Assembly: GCA_965644295.1 (NCBI GenBank)
Contig: CBFFRP010000290.1
Span: forward strand, 43,121-107,120
Length of the DNA: 64,000 nucleotides
Direction: 5' to 3'
Source of the DNA: Paraphysomonas bandaiensis
Lineage: Eukaryota; Protista; Chrysophyceae
The notes under the pieces were generated by a model. That model worked only from the letters and a program-made list of their open reading frames with translations, made no database searches and was not told the origin of the DNA. A program made the translations under genes and the position numbers. Shown in pieces: positions 1 through 15,900 of this stretch; position 1 is the first letter of the stretch, and every line of letters begins with the position of its first letter.

Positions 1-262
1 CAGGTACGGGTACGATGATGTTTGGTGTGCCGCTCAGATCATAGTACTGAGACAGGTGCACCAGAGCCGCAAACTGAAACTCCAAATCTTCAAATATCCA
101 TGACGAGTTCAAGATCTTGAAGACAAACTCACTCCCATCTCCGCATACGAGTTTGTAGTTTAAGTCCTGACAGCTCCCCAGAGGCGATATGTCCCCCTGG
201 AGACCATAGTGCACAAGCACAAGATCCCGCACCTCTGATATGTGACGAATAGGGGCTGTCAT
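1..262 (-). CDS. 5' end of an aminoglycoside-phosphotransferase (APH)/hydroxylysine kinase-like gene, runs off the window
   Basis: Manual translation from the ATG at 262 is open to base 1: MTAPIRHISEVRDLVLVHYGLQGDISPLGSCQDLNYKLVCGDGSEFVFKILNSSWIFEDLEFQFAALVHLSQ. The pattern LGSxQDxNY...FVxKI...ExQxAALxHL fits an APH N-lobe. Not in the ORF track; an upstream exon is possible. Confidence 0.65.
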   Translation of the reverse strand, partial: MTAPIRHISEVRDLVLVHYGLQGDISPLGSCQDLNYKLVCGDGSEFVFKILNSSWIFEDLEFQFAALVHLSQYYDLSGTPNIIVPVP

Positions 263-404
263 ACGGTCTAAGTTGGGTAGAGCGATAATGATAATACATT
301 ACGAATGAGTCGGAGGATAAGAAGGCTGTGTATGTAGATATCATTCTGGGGGAGTTGAGGACATATGAACATATGGTTCATATATCTACAGCAGCTATAC
401 GTGT

Positions 405-603
405 GTATGTATGTATGTATGTATGTATGTATGTATGTATGTATGTATGTATGTATGTATGTATGTATGTATGTATGTATGTATGTATGTATGTATGTAT
501 GTATGTATGTATGTATGTATGTATGTATGTATGTATGTATGTATGTATGTATGTATGTATGTATGTATGTATGTATGTATGTATGTATGTATGTATGTAT
601 GTA
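405..603. repeat. (GTAT)n microsatellite in a divergent promoter
   Basis: Pure tetranucleotide run of about 50 units between the APH-like and CWC24 start codons. Confidence 0.99.
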
Positions 604-718
604 CACAGAGTGGAGTGTAGAGGTGTGTTGATTGGTTTGTTTGTTTGAAAGTGAGGTATGTGAATATGGTGAGGAGTGCGTGGGGCTGTTAGTTGTATAG
701 TTGTGTATAGTTCTCATT

Positions 719-2160
<1,442 letters not shown>

Positions 2161-3313
2161 ATTATGTGTTTATTGAAGAAATAGTCCAACCATGTTATGT
2201 GTCGGAAGAATTCATATGGATTACGCAGCGAAAATGACAAATAAACTCGAGAAATAGCTAAATTATGAAATAAATGTTATTCATTGGTTTATTTGACTTG
2301 CTTTTTGCTACGAGACTATCGTGCAAACACGATCAAGGCAGAAATTATTGCTCTTCAATAATATCACATGCTCATCGTGCCACTAAATCTTGTAGTAAAG
2401 AAGTAGGTGATTTGGTACCTTCTAATCTAGAGAGAAAAAGAAGTATTTATCAACCGATCACGCTTGAAATAGCTATATAGACATTATTGAAACACGTGAC
2501 GTCGTATGTAATATGTAACTACACACTACATAACTACTAATGTTTACATGAAAGGTACATTAGTTAAATTGTTTTGCTACACTGTTTTGACTCTTACACC
2601 CCTAGTTTTTGCTAAATATCAGACATTCACTACTACTTTTCTAAGCTTAACAGATATAATGGGTTTGTACGTTTGTACCTATGACCAGATAATCAGTAGT
2701 TATGCAGCTTAATACGCTAACCTTCATTTTTAAAACATCAATTGATTTAATTGGCAATTCAATTGGTGTGCGAGCCTGGTTCTAACAATGACATATATAA
2801 ATTTCAAATTTTACTCTATTCTATATTATGCACAATGAAGATTTAATCTTAATAATAGTAAGAAAAACGTTGTGATTACTAGAATGCAAAATTGATCTTT
2901 ATATGCACTGCTATTGTGCCGCTTACATTTGAATCTTAACTACTTCAGTATGAAGTGCAAGTCTTACCATGCGTAGTTGTATCATTTTATTGCTGATTAT
3001 AGTATTGCTCTTGATATGAGTTTGTTATCTGTTATCTGCACACGGGAATTCGTGCAGAAGCTCAAGAACACATATTTCATGCAATATGCATTGTTTAATT
3101 GAAGCTAGTTTTATAGATCAGTTTCGTCGATAAAGATAAGAAAGGATACTACAACTTTTGTAACATAATTTGAAAGATATTTTGGTAGTAGAGAAGACCT
3201 TAAGCAATCACATTATATTTTTCTACCAATAATCATGGGATCGTGTGTAGAAAATCAGATCAGATTCCTTGTCAACGGAAGAATGAAATTACAACAAATA
3301 CATAAACTATAAA

Positions 3314-6006
<2,693 letters not shown>

Positions 6007-6308
6007 TCAAACGATCTGACGGGTTAAGTGACAATAAATGGTTTCAATGCTGTGCAGTGCTGTCGACTTGCTATCATGAATATGAATCAAGACGAACATA
6101 CATATAATGAGTGCATATGTGAAGCTTTTGGCTTCACACTAGGGGTTTTTAGATGAGGAAAAAACCCATAGAGCTTCACATATGCAGTCCATACATATAA
6201 TGAGTGCATATGTGAAGCTTTTTGCTACAACTGTGAAGCTACGTATTCTCTGTATACTGTGTATATGGTATACATAGGTATACGTGTACGTATATGAGTG
6301 TATACCTC

Positions 6309-8710
6309 GTAGAGCTAAATGATGATTCGGTATAGAAGTCTTCGAGTGATGGAAATGAAAGTCAACGTGCACATTCGTTTTTGTTACAGTGATTATGTTT
6401 TTCAGTTATTGTACATGTGTGACTCTGTAGGATACGAGTGAGAGTGTACAGTAGAACATGATCAGCTGTAGTATTATTGTGTTGTAGGGAGACACCATAA
6501 TTTTCTATCACTAACGATTTCTGTAGTATTTGCAAAGAGACTTGTCTTTTGCCTACCTGTAGTGTAGTTTGAACGGAGGACAACGGGCGAACTGGATCCG
6601 TGAGTGTTTGATTGATCTGTAGTATCAGTGTTGTATTTTCGATCCAAGTACGTATTTCTCTACGTGATAGGAAATTATGAAGAAGTCGAGCAACGAGAAG
6701 CTCAAGAAGTTTAGGAACAAGGCATTGGACCAGCGGTCCAGGGGCCAAGGGGCAGAGGCATTGACCCCAACGGTGCCGATTCTGAAGTATGGGACGAACA
6801 CCAACCTGGCGGTATTTAAGCAGAAGCTCACAGTGGCCGCCATGATGCTATTTGGTGACCTAGCGAGGCTCGTGGAGACCGATGAGTATTATGAACCACC
6901 CAAGATAAAGATCGAGGACTATGATCTTGATAATGACCCCCACGGTCTGAACCTGGAAGAACTTAAGGATGCGAGAAAGACACGCCAAAGGAAGATTGAC
7001 CAAATGCGTGACAACCGATCAGCTTTCTATGCGTTCATGTATGACAGACTGAGCAACGAGTCCGTGGACGCGATTAAGCAATTGGAGGAATACGAAGAGA
7101 TTAACTCCTCCAAGGACCCGCTACTGTTGTGGCTCGCTATCAAGCAGACTCACAAAACAGCGACGAACTCCAATGTAGGGACCATCATGCGTGCAGAGAC
7201 GAGAAAGAAGTACCAAGACGTGCGTCAGGGTCCATTTGAGAGTATCGTGGCCTATAAGGAGCGTTTCGATTTTCTTTTGGAAGCGTACAATGATATGGAG
7301 AATCCGAAGATGGAAGAAGAAGATATAGCGATGGACTTCTTCAGGGGTCTGGACGACACCAGATATGAGGAGTTTAAGACCAGTTTTATGAACGACTTAA
7401 TGATGGGTACCCAGAAGCCACCCAAGCACGTGAACGAGATCTACACTAAAGCTTCGAAGTATATCACCCCGAAGAGAGGAGCGAAACCTAATGGTGGTGT
7501 TGCATTTGTGAGCAGGAAGGACACCTCGACTAAACAACAGCGTCGCGCAGGTGATGCTGATGACAAGACGAAGTCGAATGGGACCGACGAGTCGAAAGGA
7601 GGCGTGCGAAAGCATAGAGGCCCTATTGTATGTTGGGGTTGTGGAAAGACTGGACACAAGCTAAACCAGTGTCAAGAGAACGTCGAACCAGAGGAGAAAC
7701 AATGCTCAGTGACTATGCAGAATGCGTTCACATCGGGAGGAGAGCGTTTCGAATGGTACGAAGTTCTACTAGACAATCAGGCGGATGTGTCCGTTGTGCA
7801 CCCGTGGCTACTGACAGATGTGAGACCTGCCGATCGTAAGTGTAAAGTAGCTGGCTTGTCTGGTCACGCAGTAGAACTGCCCAATGTGGGAGAGCTGCCA
7901 CAATTTTTCACATGTAAAACTGCCGACAACCTACGAGTCAGTGTGCTGTGCCAAGCTGATGTCGAAGACCTGTACCCTATTGTGTATGAGCCAGGAGTGT
8001 CATACACGGTGTGTCTACCTAATAGAGAGCTAGTGTTCTACAGACGGAACAAAATGTATATAGCTGATATGTGGGATTGGGTGACACAAGGCAGGGTAAA
8101 TATTACGACAACAAGAATGAAAGAACAAGAATACACTAAAAGCGAAGTGGTGAGAGCTCGGAGGGCGCTGGAACTTGTACGGAACGCGGGTTTCGACTCA
8201 GAGCAGGGAGCCATGAACCTTGTGAGCGACGGAAATGTAACAGACGTGCCGTTGACGGCGCAAGACGTGAGGCGAGCTTTCGACATATACGGGAAGCCTT
8301 ATGAAGCGGTTAGGGGGAAGACCACTAAACGTAAGAGCTGTAGGCAGTACGTGGACGTGGAAATCAAAGCAGATCAGCCCAAGCCGCAACGTTTGTATAC
8401 CGATATATTCAGTGTGAGAAAACAACCGTTCCTGATAACACTGTCCGAGCCACTGGGGTTGACTCTTGTATCTCCGGTAGCTAGTGAGAAGACTGATGAT
8501 CTAGGTCTAGCTTTTCAGGAGCAAGTATCTCTACTAAGAAGTCATGGTTTCGCACCAACTGTAGCCTATCTGGATCCGCAGCCTGGTTTCCAACCCCTCA
8601 GAGGACAGATTACAGGGGTGGAAGTGGATGTGTGTGGAGCAGGGGATCACATGGACAAGGTAGATCTCAAGATCCGGAGACTGAAAGAGACTATTAGATC
8701 TGTGCAGGCA
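6309..8710 (+). mobile_element. 3'-truncated Ty1/Copia (CoDi-like) retrotransposon: probable 5' LTR ~6309-6510, gag, protease, partial integrase
   Basis: ORF 6677-8761 has the zinc knuckle CWGCGKTGHKLNQC, the protease LLDNQADVSV and integrase core YTDIF...YLDPQ...IRRLKETIRS. It breaks at 8710 into duplicated host DNA; no RT. The LTR end TTCTATCA is tentative. Confidence 0.85.
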
Positions 8711-8761
8711 GCAAAGAACGGCCAGACACCATTAACTCAAGTGCCTTTTCCACACCAATGA
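6677..8761 (+). CDS. Copia Gag-PR-partial IN polyprotein (last ~16 codons come from host DNA)
   Basis: 694-aa ORF with a CCHC knuckle and aspartic protease motif in Copia domain order. Confidence 0.85.
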   Translation: MKKSSNEKLKKFRNKALDQRSRGQGAEALTPTVPILKYGTNTNLAVFKQKLTVAAMMLFGDLARLVETDEYYEPPKIKIEDYDLDNDPHGLNLEELKDARKTRQRKIDQMRDNRSAFYAFMYDRLSNESVDAIKQLEEYEEINSSKDPLLLWLAIKQTHKTATNSNVGTIMRAETRKKYQDVRQGPFESIVAYKERFDFLLEAYNDMENPKMEEEDIAMDFFRGLDDTRYEEFKTSFMNDLMMGTQKPPKHVNEIYTKASKYITPKRGAKPNGGVAFVSRKDTSTKQQRRAGDADDKTKSNGTDESKGGVRKHRGPIVCWGCGKTGHKLNQCQENVEPEEKQCSVTMQNAFTSGGERFEWYEVLLDNQADVSVVHPWLLTDVRPADRKCKVAGLSGHAVELPNVGELPQFFTCKTADNLRVSVLCQADVEDLYPIVYEPGVSYTVCLPNRELVFYRRNKMYIADMWDWVTQGRVNITTTRMKEQEYTKSEVVRARRALELVRNAGFDSEQGAMNLVSDGNVTDVPLTAQDVRRAFDIYGKPYEAVRGKTTKRKSCRQYVDVEIKADQPKPQRLYTDIFSVRKQPFLITLSEPLGLTLVSPVASEKTDDLGLAFQEQVSLLRSHGFAPTVAYLDPQPGFQPLRGQITGVEVDVCGAGDHMDKVDLKIRRLKETIRSVQAAKNGQTPLTQVPFPHQ

Positions 8762-9331
8762 GACGTGGAAGACGCTGTGTACCTCCCGCACCTGCACATA
8801 GATAATTGAGGAATGAATGACATACGCTTAGAACTTATTACCCGGGAGAATGCCAAGATGTACTTCAGGTAACCCCACAGATGCAGTTGGAGACGCCATT
8901 CTCCAGTGACACGAAAGTGCAACCTCTAAACCACCGCCCAGTGCCACACCATTGATACAGGCAACAAGCGGTTTATCAAACTCGTCTAGTGAAGCAATTA
9001 CCTGCATTATTCAATAAATATTTGAGATGTTCTGCACATAACACACACCTCTGTGAGTCCAGGCTTCATCATATGCTTCCCAAGTGAGAACTCAGCGATG
9101 TCAGCTCCTGCAGAGAAGTTCTTTCCTTCTCCAAACAGCACCAGAGAGTTGCTTCTATCAGATCGAGCCTGATCCAACAGTCTCAACACGCCGTCTCGAA
9201 CAGCCAGTGAGAACCCTGTCAGCATACAGCTCACCACATCAACAGCTGTTACAGATATGTATGATACCATTAACAGGAGGATTAGATATCTTTATAAATG
9301 AAACTCCGTTCTTCAAAAAATAATGAGCCAT
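8711..9331 (-). pseudogene. Duplicated 5' exons of the enoyl-CoA hydratase/HACD gene, truncated against the Copia
   Basis: Copy of 5386-6006; the frame stops a few codons into antisense Copia sequence (SGRSLLPAQI*). Confidence 0.85.
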
Positions 9332-9429
9332 TCAAACGATCTGACGGGTTAAGTGACAATAAATGGTTTCAATGCTGTGCAGTGCTGTCGACTTGCTATC
9401 ATGAATATGAATCAAGACGAACATACATA

Positions 9430-9514
9430 TAATGAGTGCATATGTGAAGCTTTTGGCTTCACACTAGGGGTTTTTAGATGAGGAAAAAACCCATAGAGCT
9501 TCACATATGCAGTC
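9430..9514. mobile_element. 85-bp minimal (ends-only) derivative of the Crypton-like element; also at 6105-6189
   Basis: Left end TAATGAGTGCATATGTGAAGCTTTT fused directly to the right-end block ...AGCTTCACATATGCAGTC, with CATACATA on both sides. Confidence 0.7.
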
Positions 9515-10263
9515 CATACATATAATGAGTGCATATGTGAAGCTTTTTGCTACAACTGTGAAGCTACGTATTCTCTGTATACTGTGTATATGGTATACAT
9601 AGGTATACGTGTACGTATATGAGTGTATACCTCTGGGTGACTTCGAAGTGAATGTGATGTGGAGATATGCATATACGAGTACATGATTCAGAGGCTCTGC
9701 TGCCTCCTCTACTCACAGACACGAGTGAGGACTATCAACAGTGTGTGGTCATAGTGGTGTATAGTGGTGTGGGCTCCTCATGAGGAGAGAGACTCGTATG
9801 ATCATATGAATAATACCGCAGCAGATACACACACATACATACAGAACACCCACACACATATACATGCATAGACCGCATGGAGCACCCTGAATAGTCATAT
9901 AGCTGCACCAGAAGCCTTCACCACTAATGCGCTCCTGAGTGTGTTATTTTATATGGTGTATCTGCATTAATGGTGCTGTGGAAGCTTATGTATCCGTTAG
10001 AAGACTGTGACGCTGTTGTTAATGCAGCTGGTGGTGATCGTCCATATGAGGACTTCCTCTATAAGGATAACATATGAGTAATATGAGAGTGTGGATGAGT
10101 TGTGGGGGTGGTGAGAGTGTATGTATGTGGTAGATGGGCGCCTCTTACGACCCAACCAGTGAAGAGCCTGTCGACCATATGACTCCTAATACTGTATCAT
10201 TCGTAATGATCTGTTTTGTCATGTAAATATGACTGAGGTTTACATATATCATTTATCAAGATT

Positions 10264-10410
10264 AAGGTGATGTCGAAGATAAGATGTATGTGTATGTATG
10301 AAGGTGATGTCGAAGATAAGATGTATGTGTATGTATGAAGGTGATGTCGAAGATAAGATGTATGTGCATGTATGTATGAAGGTGTTGTCGTAGATAACAT
10401 ATGTATGTAC
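10264..10410. repeat. 37-41-bp minisatellite inside the Crypton-like element (copy 2 at ~12581-12768 has one extra unit)
   Basis: Tandem units AAGGTGATGTCGAAGATAAGATGTATGTGTATGTATG with no spacers. Confidence 0.9.
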
Positions 10411-10542
10411 ATATATTACTAGTGTTGTGTATCAGACCGTGTAGAGTCGTTTACTAATCATTTATCAAGATGACGGTGCTATTGTAGCTAAGAGATTGTA
10501 GCGTTTGATATGCACTACTTAAAATTAAAGAACTATCATTTA

Positions 10543-11545
10543 TCAATGCCGTACACGATTGAACTTGCAGATTTCATTGTACAAGCAACGTACGAAATTC
10601 ACAATTATATCCAGCACACTATAAAATATTTCATCATTAGCACGTGGAGGAACATTATTGAGGTTGCTGTATCCATCTGGCAGCAGCCCATTATCACTCA
10701 CGATAGTATTAACAAATGACCTCACGCACTGTACTAGCTCGAGTACAAGCAATAACATCACTCTTCTGTAGTCAAACGTCAACCGACGACTTATGAGACG
10801 ATATGGTCTTATTCCGCTCACCCTATCTCCATAGAACCATAAATCATACAGACAGATCAATTGAATTCTGGCTGTAAATCTTCAACCCTTTGAAACGAAG
10901 TGCATAATCTGATCATCTTATCAGTTAAAGGGTTTCCACCATTTCATATTACATTCATGATTATCTTGCATAATGCTCTTCTTTATCACTGACTTTTATG
11001 TCCGCTTTGTGCCCTTGCTCTTGAACAAGCATTGAGTCACCTTTCCAGCCAAAAAGTTCAATCATCAATGAAGCTACTGAATCAGATCTACTCATCAAAT
11101 TCCACATCAGTACAAAATATGCCCACATGAACAAGATATAGGACCAACTGCCTGCAATGGCATAGTGTACCATTAACATCATCTTCGTCGCTAACGTGTT
11201 ACAGCCATTCTTCTTCAGTTCATTGATATCTTTCTTGTAGCCATCTATTGCCTGGCTTAGTTCTACATATGCCCAAAGTAATCAAGACAGATGTCTTTCG
11301 GGAATGGAATCTTCAAATTTTCATCATCATCAGAGCTTCAGGGTACTCTGCTTTACACCACACTGCAATATGGCCAACCTTTGCTTGTATGCTGCTTTCA
11401 TTCCTGCTTTAGTTCGTTTCTTCTTATAGTCAGATACATTATCAGCATTGGAGTCAACAGACACAACCGGCTGTCGGCGTATACGGCCACTTCCTCTTCC
11501 CCTTTGAGGCAACTCTTCTTCCCTGTCTGAATCTGTCTCACTCAT
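10543..11545 (-). pseudogene. Degenerate, internally deleted Crypton-type tyrosine recombinase (copy 2 at 12901-13903)
   Basis: Frame-broken peptides AIDGYKKDINELKKNG, FMWAYFVLMWNLMSRSDSVASL...FGWKGDSMLV...KAD (catalytic-Arg box of stramenopile Cryptons) and the C-terminal LWFYGDRVSGIRPYR. Confidence 0.68.
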
Positions 11546-11839
11546 GTTCGCAGTAACTATGGTCGAATATTGATATATGCCTCTAACGGATATGACGTTC
11601 AAGGAGAATAGTAGAGTATTCTAACAGTGTAAAGTGACAATTTCCCTGTAAAATGGTATTTTTATTATAGCAAAGTGCCGGTTTTTGTGTGAAGCCTAAA
11701 GCTTCACATATGCATTGAATATGATTATCTACTATATATTTGTCCGTATTCGAGGCATATGTGAAGCTTTTGGCTTCACACTAGGGGTTTTTAGATGAGG
11801 AAAAAACCCATAGAGCTTCACATATGCAGTCCATACATA

Positions 11840-14189
11840 TAATGAGTGCATATGTGAAGCTTTTTGCTACAACTGTGAAGCTACGTATTCTCTGTATACT
11901 GTGTATATGGTATACATAGGTATACGTGTACGTATATGAGTGTATACCTCTGGGTGACTTCGAAGTGAATGTGATGTGGAGATATGCATATACGAGTACA
12001 TGATTCAGAGGCTCTGCTGCCTCCTCTACTCACAGACACGAGTGAGGACTATCAACAGTGTGTGGTCATAGTGGTGTATAGTGGTGTGTGCTCCTCATGA
12101 GGAGAGAGACTCGTATGATCATATGAATAATACCGCAGCAGATACACACACATACATACAGAACACCCACACACATATACATGCATAGACCGCATGGAGC
12201 ACCCTGAATAGTCATATAACTGCACCAGAAGCCTTCACCACTAATGCGCTCCTGAGTGTGTTATTTTATATGGTGTATCTGCATTAATGGTGCTGTGGAA
12301 GCTTATGTATCCGTTAGAAGACTGTGACGCTGTTGTTAATGCAGCTGGTGGTGATCGTCCATATGAGGACTTCCTCTATAAGGATAACATATGAGTAATA
12401 TGAGAGTGTGGATGAGTTGTGGGGGTGGTGAGAGTGTATGTATGTGGTAGATGGGCGCCTCTTACGACCCAACCAGTGAAGAGCCTGTCGACCATATGAC
12501 TCCTAATACTGTATCATTCGTAATGATCTGTTTTGTCATGTAAATATGACTGAGGTTTACATATATCATTTATCAAGATTAAGGTGATGTCGAAGATAAG
12601 ATGTATGTGTATGTATGAAGGTGATGTCGAAGATAAGATGTATGTGTATGTATGAAGGTGATGTCGAAGATAAGATGTATGTGCATGTATGTATGAAGGT
12701 GTTGTCGTAGATAAGATCTGTGTGCATGTTTGTATGAAGGTGTTGTCGTAGATAACATATGTATGTACATATATTACTAGTGTTGTGTATCAGACCGTGT
12801 AGAGTCGTTTACTAATCATTTATCAAGATGACGGTGCTATTGTAGCTAAGAGATTGTAGCGTTTGATATGCACTACTTAAAATTAAAGAACTATCATTTA
12901 TCAATGCCGTACACGATTGAACTTGCAGATTTCATTGTACAAGCAACGTACGAAATTCACAATTATATCCAGCACACTATAAAATATTTCATCATTAGCA
13001 CGTGGAGGAACATTATTGAGGTTGCTGTATCCATCTGGCAGCAGCCCATTATCACTCACGATAGTATTAACAAATGACCTCACGCACTGTACTAGCTCGA
13101 GTACAAGCAATAACATCACTCTTTTGTAGTCAAACGTCAACCGACGACTTATGAGACGATATGGTCTTATTCCGCTCACCCTATCTCCATAGAACCATAA
13201 ATCATACAGACAGATCAATTGAATTCTGGCTGTAAATCTTCAACCCTTTGAAACGAAGTGCATAATCTGATCATCTTATCAGTTAAAGGGTTTCCACCAT
13301 TTCATATTACATTCATGATTATCTTGCATAATGCTCTTCTTTATCACTGACTTTTATGTCCGCTTTGTGCCCTTGCTCTTGAACAAGCATTGAGTCACCT
13401 TTCCAGCCAAAAAGTTCAATCATCAATGAAGCTACTGAATCAGATCTACTCATCAAATTCCACATCAGTACAAAATATGCCCACATGAACAAGATATAGG
13501 ACCAACTGCCTGCAATGGCATAGTGTACCATTAACATCATCTTCGTCGCTAACGTGTTACAGCCATTCTTCTTCAGTTCATTGATATCTTTCTTGTAGCC
13601 ATCTATTGCCTGGCTTAGTTCTACATATGCCCAAAGTAATCAAGACAGATGTCTTTCGGGAATGGAATCTTCAAATTTTCATCATCATCAGAGCTTCAGG
13701 GTACTCTGCTTTACACCACACTGCAATATGGCCAACCTTTGCTTGTATGCTGCTTTCATTCCTGCTTTAGTTCGTTTCTTCTTATAGTCAGATACATTAT
13801 CAGCATTGGAGTCAACAGACACAACCGGCTGTCGGCGTATACGGCCACTTCCTCTTCCCCTTTGAGGCAACTCTTCTTCCCTGTCTGAATCTGTCTCACT
13901 CATGTTCGCAGTAACTATGGTCGAATATTGATATATGCCTCTAACGGATATGACGTTCAAGGAGAATAGTAGAGTATTCTAACAGTGTAAAGTGACAATT
14001 TCCCTGTAAAATGGTATTTTTATTATAGCAAAGTGCCGGTTTTTGTGTGAAGCCTAAAGCTTCACATATGCATTGAATATGATTATCTACTATATATTTG
14101 TCCGTATTCGAGGCATATGTGAAGCTTTTGGCTTCACACTAGGGGTTTTTAGATGAGGAAAAAACCCATAGAGCTTCACATATGCAGTC
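11840..14189 (-). mobile_element. Non-autonomous Crypton-like element, copy 2 (head-to-tail with copy 1)
   Basis: Offset 2317 before and 2358 after the minisatellite, with a few substitutions; followed by (CATA)n at 14190-14215. Confidence 0.72.
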
Positions 14190-14462
14190 CATACATACAT
14201 ACATACATACATACACCCCCACACCCCAGTATCTTCCGTGTATGTATGTATGTATGTACATATTCGTAGAGGTAGGTAGGTACGTATATTCAGGTATTCT
14301 TATTGTAGTGTTGTAGTGTATCACTACATGCTCAAGGTGTCGTAGTTGAGAAGGAGTAAGTTCAGTCGTCAGGAAGAGTCGCATGTCCTGTGAGTGTGAC
14401 ATACTGTATATGCATATATAACATCACTGCTCAGCATTCAGTCTACACACCAAATCTCTCAC

Positions 14463-15255
14463 ATGTCAAGTTTTGGTTCTCGTACATCAACAGGTTCAAA
14501 AGTTGTTCTGAATGTGTATGATCTCGGCCCGTACAATGACATGCTGTATCAATGGGGTATGGGGACATACCATAGTGGTGTACACGTAAACGGAAGAGAG
14601 TTTACATTTGCAGAGGGGGCTGGAGTTTTCTCACATGAGCCAAAGGATGTACCAGGAGATGCTCGTTTCAGAGAGGCCATAGAGTTGGGATCGTTCAGCG
14701 GCTCGTTGAGTGAATTTGATGGCATATTAGACGAACTCAGAAGCCAATTCGCCGGAAACTCATATAATGTATTGACCAAAAACTGTAACCACTTTGCCGA
14801 AGCTTTTGTGTTAAAACTATTGAATAAACCTATCCCAGGTTATGTTAATCGTTTAGCTACTCTGGGTGGAATGGTCAGTTGTCTGTTTCCCCCATCTATG
14901 TTAGGAAACGCCCCTGTGAACCAGCAAAAGAGCACAGACTTATCTGGTGGTAATGCGTATCAAGTTATTGCACCAAGAAATAAGGTCCCATCTAATCAGC
15001 CTACTCCCGCCCCATTACAAGCTTTCGCTGGATCTGGGCGAGTGCTCGGTATGTTTATACTCAGCATTCTACATACCTGACTTTTCTTATAATGAAGGAT
15101 CATCAAGTGGCACTTCATCGACATCTGAAAATCTTGGTCTCAATGTATGTGATTGACATGTCTGTAAAATTAATGTTATTTCTATGTTCTAGGATCGGCG
15201 GGAAAGAGCAAGAGCTGCCGCTTTGAAACGGTTTGAAGGAAATGCATCCACATAG
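14463..15255 (+). CDS. DESI2: PPPDE/DeSI family deubiquitinase/desumoylase (3 exons)
   Basis: VVLNVYDL, GTYHSGV (catalytic His), YNVLTKNCNHFA (catalytic Cys), IPGYVNRLA; last exon DRRERARAAALKRFEGNAST*. Confidence 0.9.
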
Positions 15256-15617
15256 CCACGAAGTTATTGTATTTTGTGGTTGTGTGTGTATTGTAATATA
15301 TTGAATCTCTTGCAAGTATGTTATGGGGTTTGTGTATCATATAGTATGAGGTCTATGCATACGTAGTTCACAGCACTACATTAATATCGACTTTCAAATA
15401 TGTTGAATTGATTTCATCACAATATACTAGGAATTACAACACTTGTTAGCGCATTATTAAACATGTTAAGAACAATTATTATTGCAATTTCAGTAGGGGC
15501 TCAGAGTTGAAATAAATCCTTATTCTAATGTTGCTTGATAACTGCGATGTCTTATTACTAGTCAAATTCTAATCACTTGAGCAACTTGTTCTTTACCTAC
15601 AATCATAATCTTAATAG

Positions 15618-15700
15618 CAGGGCCTGGTAACCATTAATGAGCCATTAATGGTAGTCCAGTTCCCGGCAATTATAATTATAATGATGGTATTAAGTTAATA
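15618..15700. mobile_element. Terminal fragment of the hAT-type MITE family seen at 22349-23310
   Basis: CAGGGCCTGGTAACCATTAATG...GTTCCCGGCAATTATAAT matches the ends of the 22349 element. Confidence 0.6.
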
Positions 15701-15900
15701 TCTGTAATAATAACTCTCTTATATATACAGTGTACAGTGTACAGCACCAAGATCTTTGCGCTACATAACAGAGTTTCCACGTTTACTAAATTTAATGGGA
15801 GCTGTACCACCTGTTAGGTTGTCTGTCAGCATAATTACGAAATCAGTTATATGCACAAAAAATTGTACTTCCGGAAAGACCAAATACTACTCCTCGTCAA

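Larger units (their letters stand above)
9523..11831 (-). mobile_element. Non-autonomous Crypton-like (tyrosine recombinase) DNA transposon, copy 1
   Basis: 15-bp subterminal inverted repeats TGCATATGTGAAGCT (9530-9544) / AGCTTCACATATGCA (11814-11828), CATACATA direct repeats at both ends, and a decayed recombinase ORF inside. Confidence 0.72.

Noticed and set aside
10264-10410. 37-41-bp repeats as a CRISPR array
   Set aside because: No unique spacers, no cas genes and a eukaryotic context; it is a minisatellite.
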